DNA of 57,401 nt, filler included, from Sphacelaria rigidula (lineage: Eukaryota), in assembly GCA_964200075.2 (NCBI GenBank). It is 5 parts of 5 records of this genome, joined end to end, with 100 filler letters (N's around TTAATTAATTAA, not from the genome) between each part and the next. Parts side by side here need not be neighbours in the genome. Positions count along the whole stretch, not along the records: positions 46,002 to 57,401 come from CAXNAA020004964.1; 4 more parts are not named here. One strand, given 5' to 3'. A program made the translations under genes and the position numbers. Below, one piece after another: positions 47,984 to 57,401 of the stretch; the stretch's first letter is position 1, and each line of letters begins with the position of its first letter. The notes under the pieces are model-generated. The model saw only the letters and a list, made by a program, of their open reading frames with translations, searched no databases and was not told the origin of the DNA.

Positions 47984-50228
47984 TCACGGGTCCGTAACAT
48001 ACTCGTGAGAGTAATCAAGGTCGACCCAAACACATCTAGCGTAGTTCCCCGCCACCCTTCTCTCCCCGTGCAGCATGTCCCAACAAGGTCGCTAGAACCA
48101 CCTACCTCCAAGGTGAGCGTATCTAACAAACATGCAATAGTGAGTGAGTCGGAGAAATGGGAACTTGTGGACATCCTGCTGGGCTCTCTCGACACTGGAC
48201 TGTGCTCCATTGACCCGAAGCAGGTTCTGGTCACCATCAACGATGAGCTAGAACTACCCCTCGTTTACGAATACTGTGTGCTACTCGCAGCAAATCAACG
48301 CCACTTTTTTGCTGAGTAGCGTCACGTAGCTCCCCAGGTGGCAAACCCGAGACCGCCCGTACAGCACCGATCGAGGTTCTGTGACAGGTGTCAGTCCTGG
48401 TCATTTCGCAAAATCAGCGAACGAACAAAGGTAGGCGAAGTGCTCTCCGCAGGGCGGGAGACGCCTAGTTCATCCGCAGACCTCCACCTGGGAACACCGT
48501 GGCGAATGATCGTGCTGTGCAGACCCTCACTAACGCATCCAATCTGAGCGCCAGCAAGGAGACCCCTTTCCTGGAACAGGTGCGATCGGAACTGAGGGGA
48601 AGCGGCTGCCGAAACAGTAGGTGAGATACGATCTGACTACAAAATATGAAGGCGAGGCATACCGCGATACCTGAGAATCGATGACACAAAGCTGCCGGCG
48701 GTTCCAAAAATAATGATAGCTGACGTGTCAGCACTCGTTCACATATTCCATGAAAGTGTAGCAGTAGGCGCCACACCATCCACGATGCGTGACCGCTTCT
48801 TTTTGTCAACAAGGACGAAAGATATCAGGCAAGATGTGCTGTCATGCAGTTGCAGGAGGACCAAGAGATCAAGCAGTCGTCAAACGGCCATGAGGTAGGG
48901 GCGTGCGGTAGACCCATGGGACGAGATGATCAACATGCCAACGATTGAAATAATGTTGCATTCATATACATACATATGTCGGGCAGTTGACCTCGCTTCC
49001 CGATCCCCATTTGGTCTTCCACAGCCATCGAAACAAGCGAACGGGGTAGTCCGTGCCCCCGCGGAATGTGCCTACCTTCCGGTGTCCCCCAAAAGATTCG
49101 CTGGACAGAGGCGGAGCGTTTAGCGTGGAGGCAGTCACCCGTTGGCGCAGATGACTGAAAGAGGACATCGCTTTCCGAAGCGTCAGAGCTCCCGCGCGGT
49201 CATGGCGCAGTCGATAGACCAGGAGGATGACTGCTGGACATGTTGTCGGAGCTTTGCAAGTCATGACGTCAGGTGGGACAAGCACGTCTCATTGGCCCTT
49301 TGGATCAAGCGCACATTGCTTGACACGCTGCTTCCCTCTGACATGTCACTCTCAGAGTTGCCGTGTCGACGCAAAACCACGCACAGCGCAATACTGACTT
49401 GCACCTATTTTACAAGAAGCAGAACCGAGTATAGAACTGGACGCTTTCGTAGAACAACGCAAACAGCACCTATGCGAGGTAAGACTGGGATGGATCCGGA
49501 GAGTGAGATCTCAATGTCGGGACGGCAACGGCAGGAAATTGCAGCACTAGTACACGGTACCTTGAAACTTGAGAAGAATCGATCACGGCATGCAGTCTGG
49601 ATGTAGTGATGCAAGGATACAGAATACGTACGCGTAGGATAGTCCGCCAGATGTAGAACCGCATCTCGTTACCCGCCTCACCTGAGATATTTAATCGCTG
49701 ACGGGTTCGCCTAGTTTGCCTCAACACCAGACTTCGAGGCGACGCCAACTTTTAGCCCAAAACCTCACCTCCTCACCCTGATATACCGTCGCTAGTCCAA
49801 ATTCACGAATACAAATTCAGGTTGGAACGAGCGAGGAAAGGCCCAGGATGGAGCAATGTCGGAGTGGCTACCAGGGAGCGAAGTCTTGGGAAGCGTCACG
49901 CTTCCGCGAGTGGACGGGTTCTACGCCCTTTGGCCTCTGCACCACCCCGCCAAGGCATCAAGCATGCCATCCCGCCCGAGCACACCATGTCGCTCTGTCG
50001 CGTAGTGATGCTCTGAACTTGTTCCCCATAGGTTTCGCATTCTAAGAGGATTTTGACGGAGCTGAGCAGAAAGGACAAGTGTTCGACGTTGCTAAACGCT
50101 TCTGGAGAGGGTGTGTAAGACGACGGAGACTGCGTGGAGTCTTCAAGTGAAGAGCTCCAGCAAGTGGCCCAGACGAGTGAGCCTGTGGCATTGAGCGAAC
50201 GAAGCAGATAAAAGTATTAATATTGTAC

Positions 50229-52940
50229 TGTAGCCAAATGATATCAAGCCGGAGGTTTCAGTATAATCGCATGCATGATTGAAGCAGTGGCAGGGGACAG
50301 GGGATCCTAGATTGATGACCTTCATCTGTGTGGCCCTTTGCTGTCTGACTGGTGGTGTGGTATGTTGAGGATCACTCCGTGATAATAACAAGTGAGAAGA
50401 AAGGACTTGTCGAGCACGAGGCCAGTGATACCGGAGGAGTCCCTCGTTGAAAGTCTTCTTGCCAGATCGTCGGGCAGAGGCTACAATATTTTGATATTAT
50501 TCTTCCGGCACTCTGTTAGAGGAGTTTTGGCTGAGGAAAAAGTGGGCTGCAGCAGGAAGCCAGTTTAGCCCACAGGCAGAGAGACAACTTGAAGCGCCCA
50601 GCAGAGGGGGACGCTCCGTGAGCTGGAGGACGCACAAGTCAGGGAACAGTCTCTCAGTGGAGTGTTGAATTCCATTCGATATGGCTCAAGCGGCGGCAGC
50701 ACCGCTGGTGTTGGGTCAGCCGTTAGAACCGCCCAAGTATGGCGAAGTGTAGACGGAGGAGGCATCACGCGTTTTTCTCGCAGCATACCTTGACTATCTA
50801 GAAAGGTTGCATCTGGCCAATGCAACAGGAGTCGTAAAGCATACAAGGGTGAGCATCGGACAACTCACCCCGACCTATATCCACCGGTGCTTCAAAGATA
50901 TGTACAAGGACCGTCAGGCTATGACCCCCGAAGAATTGCTAGACCCTGTGAAGCAGCATGCCGGGTACACTACAACCGGCGGCAAGTATAACGCTGCGCG
51001 AGCTGCAGCAGATCTGGAAAGAGTACTTACTATGCCACAAAGTGATGGAAAGACCGTGAAGGATCGTGCGATGATAGTCACTTCAGCGATGGAAAAGGTT
51101 TTCGCAGAAAACCTGACAGTGCAGGCCATGTACCGTGCGGAGGACAGGAGTCGGTTGCCAGGCCCGGCCGAGTCGGTTTCCACAGATTTGGCGGACGGGA
51201 TTTCGCCTCCTGAATTCAAGGCGTATGGTAGAAGTGTACTAACGTATGTTGACGACTGGAAAAAGAACCCGACGGTGGTGTTCAACAAAAGTTTTGATGC
51301 CGCCGACCAGTGGAAGTTCATTGAAGCACATAGTCGGCGCGACTCTGCAACAAGTGTAGGTGGTATGTGCCGCAAACAGCAACAACAACAACAACAGAAA
51401 CAGCAGCCGTCTTCGCGAGCGTCGTCCACTCGCGCGTGTTCGAACTACGGCGGCACCGGACATATGATTAAGGGTTGCCCCAAGCCTCGCGCTCAAGGCG
51501 CTACACAGGGCAATGCGCGAGATTCATCAGGATCTCGAGGCGGTCGTCACGGTGGACGGGGCCGTGCCAACCAGGGACGCGGGCGCGGCGGCCGCGGTAG
51601 CAAGCAGTCGGCGGCGGATGGTGGTTCCTCCGCTGCTATTTCTTCCACTACAGGCGGTGACTCTGGATCTTATGGCTCGTCCGTAGCGGGGCGGACTATG
51701 TACGTGGGAAATGCAAATACTTCGATGGGGAGTGCTAGAGCGAATAGTTCGTGACCCCTCGGCCAGGCAGTATCCGTGTCTGGGGCATTTCCTACTGCTG
51801 CGACGGCTGTAACAGCGTCGTCTGCATACTCGGCGACTTGGTCTGGTTGGACCGCCGATTCGCCGCTATGAATGCCGAGTGCTGGAGGACAGCCCTGGCG
51901 TCAGGTGACTCTTAATACCGGACAGGGTTCTTCGGCAGGCGTGGTACCTGCCGATCGCAAGGCTGAATGCTTACGCGCAGATTTATCCTTGCCTGGTTCT
52001 GTAGGTTCGTTCATGGCCCGTGTTATTCTGGATTCTGGGTCTGCGCTCACGTCGATCAGTGTGGGGCTGCTTGATAAATATTTTCACAGTTTGGCGGCGC
52101 TCGGCTTCAGATTCCGTTCGAAAACAAACCGCAAACGGCGCAGACCGCCACGGGTGCTCCCGTGACGGTTGCACAGAAACTGGTGCCGATTACTGTTCGC
52201 ATGCGTACGCCGTGGGGGGCTATGGGGTTGCAGCCCATGCTTTCGCTGCCATGCCCGGTAGGGACAACGTGGTTCTATTTGGGATGGCGACGATGAAAGA
52301 GTTTGGGATTGATTTGTACCCGCTGGCGTTGGATAAGCTACGCCCGCGTGCTGTGCCGGTGCAAGACGACGTGGAAAATCCCAGCTATCTTGCTGCAAGG
52401 CGTGTGATCGTATCCATACGATCATTCCAGAGCGCCAATGAGGAGGAGGCTCCTGCGGATGGAGCGTTGGAGCGCTTGGTCGATCGGGGGCCCGACATGT
52501 TTATGGACCCAGCGGAGGAGAGAGGTGCAAGAGAACGTGCGCTTGAAGATAGCGTGCAGCAGGCCGAGCAAAAGGATCTGAGCATCGATGGCCCACAGTG
52601 TCTGCGTGACATTTTGGCTAGTCGCGTGCATACATTTCGTCGTGCGCTACATGGCGATCCGCCAGCGCGCGTGGGGCTAATGAAGGAGGCTGTGAAGGTC
52701 AAGCCTCGCCGCTGCAATCCGGTGAAGACCGTGTGGCTTGCTTCATCCATCGCAGCTTTGGTGGCATTTGGTTTGTTGTTTGGAAACATTCAGGCTGTGT
52801 GGGCGAGTACGGCGATGGTGGTGCCGAAAAGGGACAAATTCCGTTTGGTCAGCGACTATCAAGCGGTGAACGCGCAAGTGGAACAGTCTCCGTGGGTGAT
52901 GCCAAGCCAAGAAGACATGCGGGAGCTGCTGAGAGCCCAT
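50229..52940 (+). mobile_element. Decayed Ty3/gypsy retrotransposon (leader, gag, protease, start of RT)
   Basis: gag runs ~50681-51754 with a degenerate knuckle CSNYGGTGHMIKGCP and an RGG tract. Protease ARVILDSGSALTSI lies at ~52015. The RT N-terminus WASTAMVVPKRDKFRLVSDYQAVNAQVEQSPWVMP follows. Protease-then-RT order indicates gypsy; it breaks off before YxDD. Confidence 0.88.
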
Positions 52941-54702
52941 CAACAATATCGGTACGTCATTGAACACGGAGCGCATTTTGGGGGGAGATTTGTTGTCTCG
53001 CCGGGTGAAGGTTCCTATCGTGCCTGTTCGTTATGTTGCCGAGTACAGCCCGTGTGATGCCGATGATTCCCTGCCCTCGTAAGATGTCATTCGTACCGCG
53101 CAGCGCAAAACAGTCGGCGACGGTGTTCATTCTTTTCCCACGACTTTCGGTCAAGCTACTTTGGCGGAATCGGGGGTGACATCCACCCGCAGCTATTGAA
53201 AGCCGTTTTGATTCTACGAAATAAGTCAAGGAAACAAAACTGCTCATTTGTACAAGCATTATGAGATTCGGTGCTATGACCGTTGTTCTACAGGCAGTCA
53301 GGACAAGTAGAGCAACAAAAGCTGTCCGGGCTTATTTGGCGTAACATGCTGACCACTCTTCTCGAAAGCTATTCCTTGCAAGAACTTTGCCGTCGGTGCT
53401 TGACGGTGTGGGTCACAAATGCAGCGGCACGTGGTTGGTCATCAAACACCCTTGGTGTTGGTGAAACCATAATCCTTGGTTATTCTTGACAGGGTTGCAA
53501 ATGTACGAAATCCAGACAGTAAGCCTGTCTTGTTCAGACAGCGCCACACCCCACCAACTCCTCGAACAGATATCACTCTGGAGAAGATTTTTGAAAGGAA
53601 AACAAACCAAATACCGCATTTATTTGTTCTTGCCTCTGGCGGCGGGGCCGTCTCACCAGCCGGAGGGTGGAGGCATTGAGGCTCACTGTTTCGCCGCTCG
53701 CCTACGACGTTCAACTGGAAAAACATTGATCAACTGACTGCTGGAGCGACCAGTTTAAATTCAACTGACCAGAGCCGCCAGTCCACAGCCCTAACATTTT
53801 GGCTTTTTTGGGCCGGGGAAAACAAATCCAGGCACGAGCACAGACCGCTGTACCATAGAAACACGACCCTAATCTCATTTTAAACATGTCCCCACAATAA
53901 ACTCTGGGCTCGGTTAAAGCCTTTGGGACGCTCCAGTCTCATCAGTGCCTTATAGGGGTACAATTTCGCCCAAAATCGGGCATTTTTTCTATTTATTTCC
54001 CATAAAAAGAGCCCGTTCCCATTTTTCAGGATCCTCTGTTCTACAATAGGTGTGAAATCTTGGTCCCGCGAAACTTTCGAAGCATGCCTACACCTACGTT
54101 CTCGGCATCTTCGGTGGCATCCTCCACATACACCCCTGGGGGACTGTTGTATCGGGGCTGGTTTGGTGCCCAATGCCGTCTGCATCAAGGAACGCTTCGT
54201 ACAATCCACCATCCTCATTATCGTCCTCTAGTTATGATCGCATTCGGATACACACAAGTCAAACGCACGGTGTGAGTGAGGTGCTTAGGACAGTCATGCA
54301 AACCAACGGCATGTAGCACAGATCGAGCGCGCCCAGGCACGGTGGATAGAGATCACCATAGTCGATGTGGATACGTCTTCACCCATCATTGCAATTCTCA
54401 TTCGGTGAGGTCCACCCGTAAATGCATCGTTCTAATTTGCAAAACCAACTCATCAAAACGTTGAAACACACAACAGGAAGTATGCCTAGTACTACTACGC
54501 AGCACACTCAAGGGGGGGCGGAGGGACAGTTATCAATGCGGTGGGAAACCCCGGCAAACGTCTCCAACGAACTGAAGCACTTCACCAGGAGGGATGGAAA
54601 ACACTCGATGGATAGTGCAAGAAAACAGCAGCCCGCCACAGGCTCTTCACGTCATCGTGTCCCGTGTAGGGTAGCCCCTAAAATGGCTGATATAGAAACG
54701 TA

Positions 54703-55269
54703 CTTCCTCTGTCCGAAAATATAGGCTCCTTCAGAGAAAAAGAGGTATAACTTTGGCCCACATGCGATTTTTTTGTGCTTTCTCTTTTTTATTTCGTGAC
54801 GACCTGAAGAACACCCCAAAACCGAGGTCTTTGGTCAGTCCACAGTACAACACCACCGGACTGACCAAAGACCTTGGTGACCACAGAGTCCCTGGCCGAA
54901 GAGCTGGAAAACCACCGGTTGGAGGACTTCCCCTTAACAAAATTTCAATCGCCTTATTCGGCAGAATTCGTGTCGATTCGGCGGAGCTCGTACAACCACT
55001 TTTTTTGTGGTCCGACCAAACAACAGCACACGGGCAACGCCGGCAACCAGCCCATTCTGGGGGGAGGTGTTATCTTGCGTGGGGGTGTTTTTTTTCCGGG
55101 GACAATATCACGTTATCCCCTGCTTCTTTTTTTCTGCACATAGTACAAATAATGTGCGGAACACATTCCGGTGGTGGCCTGATCAAGAACCGCGTTATTC
55201 ACACATTTCCTGAAGCGGGCTTATGTTCCCGATATTTCCGAGAGAGCCTATATTTCCGAACAGAGGAAG
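54703..55269. mobile_element. Stowaway-like (Tc1/mariner) MITE, 567 bp
   Basis: Reads TA-CTTCCTCTGTCCGAAAATATAGGCTC..GAGCCTATATTTCCGAACAGAGGAAG-TA. Confidence 0.88.
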
Positions 55270-56287
55270 TATGTCGCAACAAATGGCCTGCGCGTGAAAC
55301 TCCACGGCACCTATTTACAGCAAAAAATGCAACCTACTTGTGTTGCGCATCGCCAACCAACGCACGCAGATCCCAAACACACCGTCAAGCCTTGTGTCAA
55401 TGAACACTCAACGCCAATACTCTAAGGATCCCGTCGTGCGAGTGTTCCACACACTCTCAGGAGCGCACCACCACACAATCGCTCAGGAAGGTTAAACATG
55501 ACATCAAGACGAAGTCCAACCGCACGTTTTTTCTTCATCCCTTATCCCTCAACCTAGATGCTAAACTACTGAGTTGTGACTCTGTTTCCACTCATGGGTG
55601 TTCCGCCCGAGAACCCGGGGTCTGCAGCCTAGGAGTGCTATGCCTCCGGGCACGCCTCGCATTATTACCGGCGTGTACAGCGCTCTCACTCGCCCACCAG
55701 CGGTATCGGAGTCATTAACTTCAGTATACATCCATTTCCTTCATGGCATAACTGTTTTTCCGCAAGTACTTTCGCCGCATATCCAATTCGGTAGGTCTGT
55801 TCAATAAGCACACGTTGCAAAACCCGCCAATACCGCCGAGCGATACTAGCCATGCCCAAAATACGTCAACAACTCCATAACATCATATCGAAAACCAAAA
55901 CAAAACAAATACCGGAATAAAATAACCATGCGCCCAGCACACGTACACCGAAATTTACAACATTACCGCTTCCACTATCGTGAAGCATGTCAACTACTAT
56001 GCATGTACTCAGCAGGAGCCATGGAAAAATACAACATAAATCAGACCCACAGCATCTCGAGCGCGGAGGGAGTACAAGGTAAGTATACACTTTGAATACG
56101 GTACAAGGCGAGCTAGATATTGAACTCCATACAAGCGTGGGACCCTGCACAAAATACGGTAAAACGTGCGGTTACTTGAAGAAAAAAAAATAGCATGATG
56201 GAGTCGTCGATCTTGATCGCACTCTCTCCAGCGCGACCGTGCACTTGCGGTAGACGGGACCGTTCCATCACGGTCTGTGCGGTCTTC

Positions 56288-57291
56288 TCAAACCGTGATA
56301 GCCCTGATCTTCTGTTCCACCGGAGCGCGACACACAGGACAGAGCTCGAACTGCGCGGCGCACTCGAGGCAACAGCAGTGGTGCCCACATGGCACCAGGG
56401 TGCAGTCCACCTTCCGCTCAAAGCAAACCTGCGGCAATGATACAACCAGCGGTCGGAACGTGAGTTGCAACACATGGAAGAAGGTCGTAATAATTGATGA
56501 AATGGACATTTTTCAGCGGAGAATTTCGAAGACCGTCGCTGCATGCAACACGTCGACGGGTACAGCTAGACAAAACAGATTAGTTTCGCTGCTGAACGCC
56601 AAATAGTGACAGTTTCGGATAACTGGGGCACAACAAGAGGTCATCTATTTCGTCTTCAAATTTCAGGTTTCATCTCATGATACCCTTGGCCAACCGGTTC
56701 ATACGCAGCATTAGTGTTCACACCGAAATTTTCGCCGTAGTAGCACACACACGCGCGCGCGCGCGCACATGCACACACAGGAGTTTTACGCACCCCCAAG
56801 TCACAAAAATAACCAAAAAGCACCAGAATCCTCTCCACGATCAGCCTTGTACACGTCATTTTGTACAAACTCTAAAACCGCCACGAAAGTTCGATGGCCT
56901 TTCAAGAACTCAAGAGTTGCTGCAACTCAACTGTCCAGCCTGACATGCTCCCAGCACTTCCGGGCCGATGCAACGGAACAGTACAGGTACGATACAGTCA
57001 AAATGCTGCAAGCATGTTTTTGCACTACTTGTGTGCCACCTACACTCCACTCACAAATCCATCCCCACAGGCAACAATGAAACAAAACGTACTCTCTAGT
57101 TCACTCACAATACAACTAGTGTCGTCATCGGCAACCATGGCCGCCACTTCGGCACCCGTGCTGCTGGAACCATGGTTGGCCCCAACAGCGTATGCGCCCC
57201 CAACCCCAGACCCGGCACCGCCACCGGCTCCTCCACCACCCCCATACGGCAACATGCTCTCAGAAGGGCGCCGTGATCGATGCGGGTCATC
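56288..57291 (-). CDS. C-terminal C3HC4 RING finger protein (zf-C3HC4_3-like, probable E3 ligase), last two exons
   Basis: Exon 57291-57109 (Gly-rich..DDDTSCI|GTGAGT) joins exon 56428-56288 to give CIVCFERKVDCTLVPCGHHCCCLECAAQFELCPVCRAPVEQKIRAITV-stop. Confidence 0.92.
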
Positions 57292-57401
57292 CTGCGATTA
57301 GAAGTGAAAACGGGAGAGAAAGAAGCACCGGGAGGGGAGGGGGGGGGGGGGGGGGGGGAGAGGGGGGGGGGGGGGGGGGGGGGGAGGGGAGGTTGGGGGC
57401 G

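Noticed and set aside
1..57401. Fanzor/TnpB, tyrosine recombinase or intact DDE transposase
   Set aside because: No RuvC motif set (DPG / E / RDxNA), R-H-R-Y set or full DDE transposase ORF was recognised in the ORF track or in the frames I read by hand.

Overview
This is eukaryotic DNA, most likely from a brown alga (Phaeophyceae), inferred from a brown-algal-type 5S rRNA relic, a tRNA-derived SINE and intron-rich genes with GT-AG introns. It is not one locus. Five pieces of 11,400-11,401 bp (1-11401, 11502-22901, 23002-34401, 34502-45901, 46002-57401) are joined by identical 100-nt N/TTAATTAATTAA/N spacers, so nothing should be read across the joins. Piece 1 holds nested, decayed Ty1/copia and Ty3/gypsy retrotransposons. 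Piece 2 holds eight exons of mitochondrial elongation factor G (minus strand) head-to-head with an unidentified gene, with MITEs and a SINE in the introns. Piece 3 is a degenerate ~700-bp tandem array interrupted by a 3.9-kb intron-containing cassette and a TA-flanked mariner-type element. Piece 4 holds exons of a TKL-like protein kinase whose 7-kb intron is a nest of hAT, MULE and mariner-type elements plus a 5S rRNA pseudogene. Piece 5 holds a decayed gypsy element, MITEs and the 3' exons of a C3HC4 RING protein. I found no CRISPR array, Fanzor/TnpB or ribozyme. The least explained region, and the best candidate for something undescribed, is the piece 3 array with its embedded spliced cassette.
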